A DNA stretch of 64,000 bases from Callorhinchus milii (GCF_018977255.1 NW_024704742.1:37326001-37390000), one strand, 5' to 3'. Positions 21,790-34,149 are shown, counted from the stretch's first letter. The notes: generated by a model from the sequence alone, not told the origin. Numbers and translations: made by a program.

Positions 21790-24278
21790 CAAATAGAACA
21801 TAAGAATACAGGAAGTACAGAGGAGAAGTGAAAAAGGAAATAAGAGGGGCGAAGAGATTGTACGAGAAGAGATTAGCAGGAAACATAAAAGGGAACCCTA
21901 AGGTATTTATAAGCATATCAAGAGTAAAAGGTTAGTCAAAGGTAGGGTGGGTCCAATTAGGGACCAAGGGTAAATCTTCTTGAGGCAGAGGGCATGGCTG
22001 ATGTACTAAATAAGTACTTTGCAACTGTCTTCACAAAAGAAGACGTTGCAACCAATGCCACAATATCGCAGGCGTGGATATGATAAAAATCAACGGAGAG
22101 GAGGTACTAAAAAGGCTGTCTGTTGGTGCTCAACATTGATAAGTCACCTGGTCTGGACGGGATGCATCCTAGGTGATTGAGGGAAGAAAGGATGGAAATA
22201 GCAGAGGCTCTGGCCACAATCTTTCAATCCTCTTTGGATACTGGAGTGGTGCCAGAGGGCTGTAAGGTTGCAAATGTTACTCCCCTATACAAAAAGGGGC
22301 AGAAGGATAAACCTGAGAACGACAAGCCAACCAGCCTAACATTAATAGTAGGGAAACTTCTGGAGGCTATAATCTGGGAAAATATAAATTCTCACTTAGA
22401 AAAATATGGTTTAATAAAGGACAGTTAACACAGATTTGTTAAAGGCAGATCATGTCTGACAAACCTAGTAGAATTTTTTGATGAAGTGACTGAGAGGGTG
22501 GATGAAGGTAGTGTAGTAGACGTAGTTTATGGTGAGGAGGATAGCACCAGACACCAAGAGGACTTAGACTGATTGGTAAAATGGGCAGAAACGTGGCAGA
22601 TGAGGTTTAATATAGAGAAATCTGAAGTGTTGCATTTTGGTAAGAAAAATGAGGAGAGGTCGAATAAGCTGATGGTACAATCTTAAAGGGGGCAAATGAA
22701 CAGAGAGACCTGTGGGTCCACATAAGCAAATCTCTGAAGGTGGCAGGACAGGTAGATAAGGCTGTTAAAAAATAGTACGGGATACTAGGCTTTATAAATA
22801 GGGGCATAGAATTCAAAAGTCAGGAGGTTATGTTGAATATTTATAGAATGATGTGTTAGATTATAGAAGTTGTATTCTAATAATAATGAATTTTAACAAA
22901 TGTAGAATGGAGAAAGTACTGACAGTCATGGGATAGGACACATCTGGTTTTCTCTGTTGTTGAAAAAATAACAGGACAGCTTTGGAAAAGGGCAGGGGGT
23001 CACCTCTTATCAACAACAAGCCCACAGAGGTAACAGTCCAAGGTATCGGTCTACACAGGATCTCGCCTTAGCAATAAGTCGCTAGATTCTGACAGGGCCT
23101 GCCAAGCGACAGAAAGTAACCCTCAAGAATAGCAACTAATGAGCAAGTTGCTTAAACTAGAGGACCTTGGTACCATTCTGGGATACTGATAAGAAATAAC
23201 CAGTCACTTAAATGGAATGTACTAATGATCCCACATAACAAAATAACAAGCACCAGATACAGCCTAAACTGATGAATCTCCTATCTTAGACAGGACAAAG
23301 GGAAGACCTTGTGGAGACTCAGTCAGGCTGGCACTAAGCCAAATGATTGATTAACCTGAGTATGTGACTGTATCAGAAGTGGGTAGAGGGACCCTAGGAA
23401 GGACGAGGTGGTTGGTCGACAAACCACCGAATAAGGCTAGTAAAATACGAAGTGATTGGATATGTAAATACGGGATGTAATGGCAAGTCAGGCGACTGAC
23501 TATAAGTAGCCGAAAAAGAAAAGTGGAAAGCAGTCCGGAACGGTGCCAACAGACGGTGATGGAAGATCGAAAGCCTGAATAACTGAAGCAACTAAGAAAG
23601 AACCCTGTTCCGGACTCGCAGCACTCGGTCTAGCGGCGCTGACGATTGACTGCCGAAATAAGCGCGCTTCAATGGTATTTTTGTTTGAATAAACTTGGCT
23701 TAACAGATTTCACCTGAACTGAATGCTGGGTGACCTCTTTGATATCTAACAGCTGGTTAGGCCTCAGTTGGAGTACTGCGTTCAGTTCTGGGCACCGCAC
23801 TTTAGGAAAGATGTTAGGTCATTGGAGAGGGTGCAAAAGGAGGTTTACCAGGATGTTACCAGGAATGAAGGATCTTGATTATGAGGAGAGGTTAGCGAAA
23901 CTAGGATTATTCTCCCTAGAGCAGAGAAGATTAAGAGGGGATTTAATAGAGGTTTTCAAGATCATGAGAGGATTTGATAGGTTGAACCGGGAAAAACTGT
24001 TTCCACTGGCATGTTGGTCTGTAACCCGAGGACACCGATTTAAGTTAGTTGTTAAAAGAAATAGAGGGGAGGTTAGGAAAAAAAGTTTCACCCAGCGAGT
24101 TGTTTGGATCTGGAAGGGTAGTGGAAACCGATTCAATAATAACTTTTAAGAGAGAAGTAGATGGGTATTTGGGGAGGAAAAGATTGCAGGGCTATGGAGA
24201 GAAAGCGGACCAGTGGGATTGAATTGGATTGCTCTTTTCGGAGCTGGAACAGACACGATGGGCCGAATGGCCTGTTTC
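21790..24278 (+). mobile_element. CR1 LINE (degraded), interrupted by a solo LTR
   Basis: EIAEALATIFQSSLDTGVVP, GLFSLEQRRLRGDLIEVFKIM, and 3' end gggccgaatggcct. Confidence 0.9.
22854..23751 (+). mobile_element. Solo LTR (898 bp), ERV or Gypsy type
   Basis: Ends TGTTAGAT...ATCTAACA form a perfect 8-bp inverted repeat. 4-bp TSD gatg/gctg (1 mismatch). CR1 is continuous across the site. ATTGG at 23455, TATAAG at 23501 and AATAAA at 23688 are in U3-R-U5 order. Confidence 0.9.
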
Positions 24279-26662
24279 ATAGAAATCATAGAATTGTACA
24301 GCCCAAAAAGAGGCTATTCGGCCTATCGAGTCTGTGCCGGCTCTTTGAAAAGAGCAATGTAATGTCAATCCCACTCCCCAGCCCTTTCCCTTAACCCTGC
24401 AAACCCGTCCTCCTCAAATACCCGTCCACCGCATTTTTAAAAGTTGTTATCACATCGGCTTCCACCACCCTTTCAGACAATGCATTCCACATTTGAACAA
24501 CTCGCTACATGAAAACATTTCTTCTCACTTCCCCTCTGCTTCTTTTAGATACTATTTTAAATCTGTGCCCTTGAGTCACTGACACACCCACCAGTGGAAA
24601 CAGTTTTTCTCTTTCTAACCTTATCAAATCCCCTTATGAATTTGAAGACCTCCTCGTAACCTTCTCTGCTCCAATGAGAATAATCCCAGCCTCTCTAGCC
24701 TTTCCTCATAATCAAGGTCCCTCATTCCTGGTACCATTGCAAATCTCCTCTGCACCCTTTCCAATGCCTCAACATCCTTCCTATAATGTGGTGCCCAAAA
24801 ATGTTATATCTGAATGCGCGAAGCATTCAGAATAAAACTGATGAATTAAAAGCACAGATAGACACATATGGGTACGATCTAGTAGCCATCACTGAAACAT
24901 GGTTACAAAGAGATCTAGGGTGGGAGTTAAATATTCCAGGGTTATCAGTTTACAGGAAAGATAGGCACTGTGGGAAAAGAGGTGGGGGGGGTAGCCCTGT
25001 TAATTAGGGATGAAATAAAAGCAGTGGAAAGGAAGGATCTGAAATCCGATAACCAGGAGGTCGAGACAATATGGGTGGAAATAAAAAATAATCAAGGGCA
25101 GAAAATATTAATGGGAGTGGTTTATAGACCCCCAAACAGCAATCACAATATAGCACTGGGTATCAATCAATAAATCAGTGGAGCATGTAGGAAAGGTTAA
25201 GCGATAATAGTGAGTGATTTCAATCTCCACATAGATTGGGAAAGCCAAATCGGCAAAAGTAGGTCAGAAAAAGAGTTCATTGAGTGTATGAGAGATAACT
25301 TTCTAGAGCAGCATGCCGAGGAACCAACTAGGGGACAGACCATCCAAGACCTTGTTTTGTGTAACGAAACAGGACTAGTTGGCAGTGTAGGTATTAAGAA
25401 TCCTCCAGGGCAGAGTGATCAAAATATGATTGAATTCTGCATTAAGTTAGAGAGGGATATAATTAAATCCGAGGCAAGTATTCTGAATTTAAATAGGGCT
25501 AATTTTGTAGGTATGAGGAAAGATTTAGGTGAAATAGACTGGAGAATCAGATTAAGAGGTAAAAATGTAGACTAACAATGGCAAATATTTTAGGATGTAG
25601 TGCAAAATTCTCAGCGGTCATATATTCCCTTACAGAATAAGAGTATCACAGGGAAAGCAATTCATCCGTGGCTAACTAGAGCAGTTAGGGAAAGCATCAA
25701 ATTAAAAGAAAAGGCTTACAAAACTGCCAAGAAAAGTAGCAAATCTGAAGATTTGGAGAGTTTTAGAAACCAGCAAAAAAAAACTAAAAAACTCATTAAG
25801 AGCGAGAAAAAGGAGTATGAGGGTAAGCTAGCTAGGAACATTAAGTCAGATTGTAAAAGTTTTTATAAATATATTAAGAGGAATAGGCTAGTGAGGGTAA
25901 ATGTAGGTCCACTTCAGTCAGAGAAGAGAGAACTTGTAATGGGGGATAAGGACATGGCAGAGTCCCTAAATGGGTCCTTTACATCTGTCTTCACCCTAGA
26001 AGTCTGCCGAAAATAGAGATGCTCCAAGGGGCTAAGGACAGGGAGCAATTTAGGAAGATTTTCATTAGTAGAGAATAGGTGCTAGGGAAACTGTTAACAC
26101 TAAAAAGTGACAAATTCCCTGGTCCGGATGGCTTGCATCCCAGGGTTTTAAAAGAGGTAGCTTATGAGATAGTGGAGGCCTTATGTCTGATCTTCCAAAA
26201 TTCCTTGGATTCTGAAACAGTCCCCATGGATTGGAAGATCGCAAATGTCATCACGATTTAAAAAAGGTGGAAAGGAAAAGATGGGGAACTATAGGCCAGT
26301 TAGTCTCACATCAGTGACAGGAAATATTTTAGAATCGTTGGTTAAGAATGTGGTAGTGCAGCATTTAGGGAAGCACAATATAATTAGGCCAAGTCAGCAT
26401 GACTTTACAAAAGGGAAGTCACGTAGAGTTTTGGGGATTGGGGAATGGTTAACGGGTAGGAAAGAAAGAGTAGGGATAAACGGGTCCTTTCAGATTGGCA
26501 GGATGCGACTAGTGGAGTACCACAAGAATCAGTCCTTGGGCCTCAGCTATTTACCATCTACATCAACGATCTAGATAAGGACATCGAAGTTAATATATCT
26601 AAATTCGCGGATGCCACAAAACTAGGAGGAAGTGTCAACACAGAGGACGACATTAAAAAAAA

Positions 26663-27506
26663 GTAGGTCAGAGAGGTAGGAGGGAGCGAGGCCGTGGATG
26701 GCCTTATAGGTGAGGATGAGGATCTTGAAATCAATCCTCTGGGGGATGGGGAGCCAGTGGAGGCGAGCGAGGGTGGGAGTGATGTGGTCCCGAAGCCTGG
26801 TGCGGAACAGTACACGAGCTGCAGAGGTCTGAATGACCTGCAGCTTGTGGAGGGAGGTGGCGGGAAGGCCGGCGAGGAGAGAGTTCCCATAGTCCAGCCT
26901 TGAGGTGACAAAGGCGTGGACCAGGGTTTCAGCAGCGTGAGGGGTGAGGTAGTGCCGTAGACTGGCGATGTTCCGGAGGTGATGGAAGGCGGTGCCAGTT
27001 GTGGTGCGGATGTGGGGAAGAAAGGACAGCTCAGGGTCGAACAAAACGCCAAGGTTCCTGACTGGCTTTGAGAGGTGGAGAGTGCAGCCTTGGATGCTGA
27101 TGCTGTCAGCGCCTGAGGTGCGGAGGCGCTGACGTGAGCCAATCAGGAGGGCCTCAGTTTTTCGCACGTTGAGCTGAAGAAAGTTGTCTCTCGTCCAAGA
27201 CTCGATGTCGGACAGGCAGCTGTCAGGACATCAGTGGTCGTGGAGTTGAGAGTAGAGGAGGAAAGGTAGAGTTGGGTGTCATCCGCATACATGTGGAAGT
27301 TAACTCCATGTCTGCGGATGATGTCACCAAGGGGGAGCATGTAGAGTGTGAAGAGGAGGGGATCGAGGACAGAGCCCTGAGGGACACCACATGAGACAGT
27401 GCGGGGGGTAGAGGAGAAGCCATTTGTGGAGAGACAGTGCGGGGGGTGGAGGAGAAGTCATTTGTGGAGAGACAGTGCGGGGGGTGGAGGAGAAGCCATT
27501 GGTGGA
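26663..27506 (-). mobile_element. Young L2 fragment lacking its 3' tail, inside the CR1
   Basis: MYADDTQLY...LVHAFVTSRLDYGN...LAPSYLSDL; near-identical to 38346-38985. Confidence 0.95.
27393..27506. repeat. 38-bp tandem triplication at the L2 5' junction
   Basis: gagacagtgcggggggt(a/g)gaggagaag(c/t)catt(t/g)gtgga starting at 27393, 27431 and 27469. Confidence 0.95.
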
Positions 27507-28790
27507 GAAAAGGTTATTAGCTGGAGTTAGATTAGAAGATCAACCATGATTGAATGGCGGGGCAGGCTCGAAGAGCCGAATGGCCTACTCCTGCTCCTAC
27601 TTGTTATGTTATGTTATGTTAACTGGGCTCAGCATTCTAACTGAGGCCTAACCAATGTTTTATATAGGTTAATAGTAACCTTGGCTGCAGTGGTCCCAAT
27701 ACCGATCCCTGGAGGATGCCACTGTGCACTTCCCTCTAGTCAGAAAAGCAACTGTTCACCACAACTCTCTACTCTCTACTTTCTGTCTCCCAGCCGGTTC
27801 TGTATCCATGCTGCCACTGTCCCTTTTATACCATGGGCTTCTATTTTTCTTACAAGTCTTTTATGTGGCACTTTGTCAAATGCCGTTTGAAAGTCAATAT
27901 AAACTACATCAACTGCACGACCTTCATCCACCCTTTCTGTTACCTCATCGAAAAATTCTATTAGATTTGTTAGACAAGATTTGCCTTTAACAAATCTGTG
28001 CTGGCTGTCCCTAATTAACCCATATCCTTCTAAGTGAAGATTTATTCGGTCCCGGATTATAGTCTCCAGGAGTTTTCCCACTACTGATGTTAGGCTGATT
28101 GGCCTGTAGTTCCCAGGTTTGTCCATCTGCCTTTTTGTACAGGGGAGTAACATTAGCCACTCTCCAGTCCTCTGGCACCATTCCTGTGTCCAACAAAGAT
28201 TGAAAAATTGTAACCAAAGCCTCCGCTATTTGCACCTGTGCCTCCCATAGTAACGTTGGCTGCATCCCATTTGACCGGGGTACCATGAGCTCAGTCAACC
28301 TTTTCAGTACTTCCTCTCTGTTTATACTTATCCTATCCATTTCCTCTACCATTTCCTCCGATACTGCAGCATTTGGTGCATCCACTTCTTTTGTGAAGAC
28401 AGATGCAAAGTATTCATTCAGTACATCAGCCATGCCCTCTGCCTCCACGATAAGATTTCCTCCTTGGACCTTAATTGGCCCCACCCTACCTTTAATGTTA
28501 CCCGCTAACGTTTTTTCTTATAATCTTTTTGCCCCTCTTATTTCCATTTTTAGTTCTCTTCTGTACTTCCTATATTCTATTTGGTTGTCTTCTGTATCTT
28601 GGGCTTGACATTTGTCATATGCCTCCTTTTTCTGCTTCATTCTAGACATAATTCCCTTTGTCATCCAGGGAGGTTTAGATCCCCTACCTTTCCCTTTTGT
28701 GGGAATTTATTTGTTCTGTTCCTGAGCTATCTCATCCTTGAAGACTTCCCATTGCTCTTTAATTGTTTTATCTGCCAATCTTTCTTTCCA

Positions 28791-28989
28791 AAACACAAAA
28801 TAGTGCAGATGCTGGAATCTGAAAAAAGGATTGCCTACCCTGAAGAAGTTCTGCTCTCTTCTAGGAATGCCTACCCTGAAGAAGTTCTGCTCTTTGAAGG
28901 GTCGTGGACCTGAAACGTTGACTCACTTTCCTTTCTCCATAGATGCTGCCTGACCTGCTGAGTTTTCCCAGCTCTCTCTGTTTTTGTTT
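28791..28989 (+). mobile_element. Short Penelope-like (PLE-derived) non-autonomous insert with 14-bp TSD
   Basis: TSD aatctttctttcca at 28777-28790 and 28990-29003. Contains gatgctggaatctg, gaagggtcgtggacctgaaacgtt and gatgctgcctgacctgctgag, motifs I associate with chondrichthyan PLE repeats. Confidence 0.6.
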
Positions 28990-30299
28990 AATCTTTCTTT
29001 CCATTCCATCTTGGCTAGGTCCCTTTTTAACTCACTGAAATTAGCCCTCGTCCAGTTGAGTATCTTCACCTTTGATTGTTCCTTGTCCCTTTCCATATGC
29101 ACTCTGAATCTAATGATGTTGTGATCACTATTGCCCAGATGCTCTCCCACGCAAACCTGCTACACTTGCCCTCCTTCATTCCCAAGAACTAGATCCAGCA
29201 CTGCTTCCTTCCTCGTTGGGCTGGAAACGTACTGATCAAGAAAGTTGTCATGTATGCATTTTAGGAATCTTTCCCCCTCCTTGCCCTTTGCGCTGTTGTT
29301 TTGCCAGTCTATGTTGGGATAATTAAAGTCCTCCATTATCATGACTCTATTAGCCTCCCCCCGTTTTATTTCTCCATTTTCTTGCCCATTGCTTTTTGCA
29401 TTCCCTTCCCCCTTCAAAGCTAGTTTAAACTCTCCCCTACAGCATTAGATAGCTTGTCTGCAAGGACATTCGCCCCAGCCCTATTTAGGTATAACCCATC
29501 CATAGGGTACAGGTCCCACCTGCCCCAGAACTGGTCCCAATGATCCAGAATCCTGAAGCCCTCTTTTCTGGACCATTTCTCCAGCCAAGCATTCATATGC
29601 TTGATCTGCCATTTTGGTATTTATTTGCCCGAAGCACAGGGAGTAATCCAGAGATCACCACCCTGGATGTTCTATTCTTTAGTTCGTTCCCCAGCTTTCA
29701 ATATTCTCCCTGTAGCATCTCAGCCCTTTTTTTTAACCAAAATCTTCTTGTTTTTACCAACCTGGACCACCACTTCTGGATGCTCCCCATCCCCCTGAAG
29801 AATTTTATCCACCCATTCCGTGATGTCTAAGATCATTGCACCAGGGAGGAAACATACCATCCTTGACTCCTGTCTTCGGTTACAGAAATGCCTGTCTATA
29901 TCTTTCACTGTTGTATCCCCTATGACAACAGCATTGCTTCTGTTACCTATGTCCCCCTGTTCAACCAATCATTTTTTTTACTGTCCTCCCTGGAGATATC
30001 AACACTCTCAATATTCAGTACAGAGTACCGGCTTTCTGTACTGTATGATTCTATGATTCTACGATTAGGAATACTTAAGATTTTAGCAGCACTTTCAACA
30101 CTCCAGGTTGCAATTATTTTAATCACCATGATGATCTGAAATATTTGTTAAACCCATTTGCCACTAATGTGACTAAATGAATTTCTGTGGCTACTGAAGC
30201 TGCTGTAATGTTTCTTCCACTTAACTGTAGTAGAATGACATTTAAGAACGCAACAACCCATTAAAAACCTTGGTTAGATAAGTTAGACCCCTTCACCCC

Positions 30300-30478
30300 T
30301 AAATGGCCCAGAATCTGTGTTTGTAGATTGCTGAATCTAACAACCGGGTTCCTACTACTGCTAGGTAAATAGGCATGTGGAGAAAGGAAACTTGCCTGAG
30401 GTTTCACCTTGCTCGGGAATCAAACCCAGGTCCTCTCACTTGCAAGGCGAATGCTCTAACCACTGAGCTACAGAATTC
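30300..30478 (-). mobile_element. tRNA-Ala SINE 5' half (long variant)
   Basis: Reverse complement ctgtagctcagtggttagagcattcgccttgcaagtgagaggacctgggtttgatt. Confidence 0.85.
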
Positions 30479-31244
30479 CCACAAATTGGTTCAGAAAACA
30501 TATAAATATTTTTAAAAGACTAAGTTGCTTAAATGGATGAGAAATAATTGTCTAGTGACAACAGAATTGCGATGCTCGTGTGTGATCAGTACAGAAGCAG
30601 ATCAGTTACTTTAATATTTAATTCAAAAAATAGTCTGAAAGATTTCAATCTCGGCCTTCTGCATGGTGGTGTTTTGAGTTCTACAAATTCACTGTGGAAA
30701 ATTCTACTTTAAAATACGGAAGTGGAAGAATTAGACTAGTTTACCTGCCTAGTTTGAAGCTGCTATTTGTTCAAAAATATATAATTAACTTTTTTAAAAA
30801 AAATACAAATATTTAGTTTTGATAATTAAACATATGTGCATCCAGAATTGGTGAGTAAAAGAAAATAATGTCCAATTAATACAATACTACTTTTAGTCAA
30901 CCAAAACAGTCTGCTTAATTGTAATAGAGGTCCAAAATATTACTTAATTAAAATGTATAGTTTACCAGCAAGTAGAGTTTCACTGTGAGTGTAGTGTGTG
31001 AAACTTTGGGTTCAAACGTTTGTCAGAAACCACACCAAGGATATTATTAAAACGTTTTATTAGCAATTATAAACCCACACAAACATAAGCATCACATTAC
31101 ACCCGATGCATTATCATTACTCATCGCGCTTAAATGACTACTAAAGCACTATCTTAACAAGATACACTCAATATTAAAATTGTAAACATATATTAAAAAA
31201 TTATGTGATATATGAAATGTGCCTAAATAATGTCTAACTGTTGT

Positions 31245-31575
31245 ATAATAATAATAATAATAATCCTTGCATTTGATATAGCGCTTTTCACGTCGGGAGG
31301 ACGTCCCAAAGCGCTTCACAGAACACACTGTAAAGTGAATTGACTGTATATTTGTGGGCGAACGCGGCAGCCAATTGCGCACAGCAATGTCCCACAAACA
31401 GTCGTAGATTGAAAATGACCAATTTTATTATTGTTTGGGTTTTGGAGGGATTATTATTAGGCTCTGTGTGGAGTAAGAAAACTTGCCCAAGGTTTCGCCC
31501 TGCCTGGAATTGAACTCAGGTCTCTCGCTTGCAAAGCGAGTGCTCTAACCACTGAGCTACAGGACTCCACGAGTC
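31245..31575 (-). mobile_element. tRNA-Ala SINE, young short variant
   Basis: Full head, body and L2 tail with (TTA)n; near-identical to 44239 and 47521. Confidence 0.95.
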
Positions 31576-32039
31576 TGTATGTATATTGGGTGCGTGTTTT
31601 AGTAAGTAGGAGAGATACTACCAAGCAGGCAGGAAGTTGTGACAAAGTTCTAAGGCTGGAACAAAAGTTAAACACTGTCTCTGGTGTGCTGCTGGCTGCA
31701 AATGTCTCTGGCTTGCTTCTAGCTGCAAACGTCTCTTAGTGGTCCACTCCGACAAGAGTTGGACTTGTCCTCTTTCCCTCAAAGACACTCTTCTTTCTCT
31801 CCGTAGAGGTTCATCCCCTTCCTCCCGAGGTGAAAGGCACTATACAAATGTAATCTTGTTGTTATTGTTGTTGTTGTTCCTCTCCTCAGAGGCCTCCAAA
31901 AACTAGTTTTGGCCATTGATTTTTATACTCCTTTTCATCAACCATCTATATTCTAATTCTTTTTTTCATGACTTCTTTCCCATTCTCTGCACTTTTCCCA
32001 AAGATCAACAAAGACTTTTATTCCATCAACACAAGTGGA

Positions 32040-32330
32040 ATCAAGTCAAATGGTTTATGGTGCCTTTGGTTTCACTCCAGATCAATAAATAATTCCTGCC
32101 GCACCTCATAGCACACTCTGGGATTCTTAAGCCTTGGCTCTTGCCAACCTGTGCCTAATGCTTTCCAGAATTAGGTAAGCCGGATACGTCCGCTAGGGAG
32201 AGAGTGCGTATTCAGTTCAACAATCTATCTCTGGAATTTCTAGGTGTAATTGGGATGCATGACATTCTCAGCTTGGTTTGGATACTGTTAAGCATGATGA
32301 TGGGTTTACACATTGCTGACCAAAAAAAAT
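32040..32330 (+). repeat. Unclassified dispersed repeat, copy 3 of 4
   Basis: gcacactctggg...gccaacctgtgcctaatgctttc...agggagagagtgcgtattc...caacaatctatct...tgatgggttt...tgaccaaaaaaaa. Confidence 0.8.
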
Positions 32331-32520
32331 CAATAAACAAGGTAAACAGGATACTGGGCTCTTTTGCAAAATGAGGTGAGTTCAGATTCCCAGATGTGAT
32401 ACTCAAGCTACTGGTCTATCAGGCAGTTTGTTCAGAAGCCATAATGCCATGCTCCCTCTGCTGCATTGTTATGGTATTAAAATCGTCCAGTTGTGGCTCA
32501 GGATAGTATATCAGCTATCA

Positions 32521-32590
32521 CAGGGGTGGGCAAAATACAGCCCACGGGCCATATCCGGCCCGCCAAATCATTCTATCCAGCCCATCATTG
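32521..32590 (+). mobile_element. hAT-Charlie-type DNA transposon end
   Basis: caggggtgggcaaaatacagcccacgggccatatccggccc. Confidence 0.7.
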
Positions 32591-34149
32591 TGTCTAGCAA
32601 TAGAAAAAATTATAGTTTCTTCAGTCCCAGAAAGGATCAGTTTTGAATGCGTCCCTTACGTTTTTTACTTTTGTCACAGCATAGATTTTTAATTGCTAAA
32701 GTCGTTAGTTATTTTCTCCACAAATTTCGCATTTCAATCAGACCGGGAACATCAGCCAATCACACTGCTTAGTTGTGCGCACGCTCTCCAGCAGAAACTG
32801 CTCTATAAAAATCATAGAGTGTACATTTTCTTTACAAGAATTCCCATTGTAGTATTCAAGCTGGGTGAAGGAATTTTACTTCAGGCTTTCTCTTGTGGAT
32901 GTCACACAAAAATACTAATGAGCAGAAGAGTCTGTGTAGTTCAGGAACAATCCCTGTTCTGTGCTGAACTGGCCAACCTCACTCAAGACAGTGATGAGTT
33001 GTTAGAATTTTACTTAGTATACTGGCTGTGATTAGAGAGGAAATATATTAGTCAACGGCCACAGTCCTGATCATTATGCCACCTGCCCCTAGCGCAGAGT
33101 CATGCCCCGCCACTGTTAAGCGCTCTGAAACGCTACGCTGCATGGAGAGCGCTGTATAAGTGCAAGTTGCTGTTGTTGTAGTTGTACCCTTGCTGGACCT
33201 CTGAATGTCTGTTGAGAACAAGATTGGGCTTGGCTGGTATAGCTGCCCAAGGTCAATCAGTCTGATAACTGTCACAGCGAAGGCAGGCACATTAACAATA
33301 GCCACTAGTCAATAATAATAATAATCCATACATTTGATTTAGCACCTTATCACATTGTTTAGCACACAAAATATACAGTCAATTCACTTTACAGTATATT
33401 CTGTGAAGCGCTTTGAGATGTCTAGAAGACATGATAAGGCGCTATATCAAATGCAAAGATTATTATTATTATTAATGTCGAGATGTCTAAAAGCGCTTCA
33501 CAGGACTTACTGTAAAGTGGATTGACTGTGTATTTTGTGGAGGAAGGTCCCAGAGGGCTGGTGTTCATGGCACTACACTCTGTGTTAATTACTGTCATTA
33601 CAAGAGTAACATTATTTGAGCTTGGTAAGAACCGAGAAATAGGAAGGAGAAATAAACTGGAGGGAAAAGTGAGCAGGTTGTTTGGGAGCAAGGTTAATAT
33701 TGCACTGGGGCTTTACTTGGAAAATAGGTGCTGTCATCCTTACTTTTCAAACTTCTCCACACCACAAAGATTTACATATCATTTACATTGGAAGATGCTA
33801 ATTCTTAGCTGATTTTAAATCCAACAGTCGGTAGCAGTAATGAACTGTAAAATGCTGCCACATTGCAAAAGCGTACAAAAAAGATTGTGAAAATTGTCCC
33901 TAGTCTGATGAACTTGATGAGCTTGTCACATCCATTATTGGACTGAATCAAAACAACAACTTGCATTTATATAATGCACTTCACAGATTATTGCATCTCA
34001 GAGAGAGCCCTTCTATTTTTGCATAGTAATTTTGTGACATGTTACATATACATCGTTATATTCTCTCCTCTGAGTCAAAAGGTTGTTGGTTTAAGCCCCA
34101 CTTTAGCCAGACAAGCAGCAGGAAAGTTTGCCAGACAGCATTTCAAATG

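Larger units (their letters stand above)
24799..27620 (+). mobile_element. CR1 LINE ORF2 (endonuclease to RT) of the same young family as 1790-3738, nested in the minus-strand CR1
   Basis: LYLNARSI...AITETWL, GVVYRPP, PGPDGLHPRVLKE. Long near-identical stretches shared with 1790-2720 and 3640-3738. Confidence 0.95.
24279..30010 (-). mobile_element. Near-full-length degraded CR1 (ORF1 esterase remnant to 3' tail), split by nested insertions
   Basis: 3' end at 24279-24798. Sequence resumes at 27621 (gtggtgcccaa|aactgggctcag). RT at 27776-28484, endonuclease at 28923-29417, and ORF1 SGNH-like VVIGD...CFLPGA...VVVQVGKN at 29720-29968. Confidence 0.85.
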
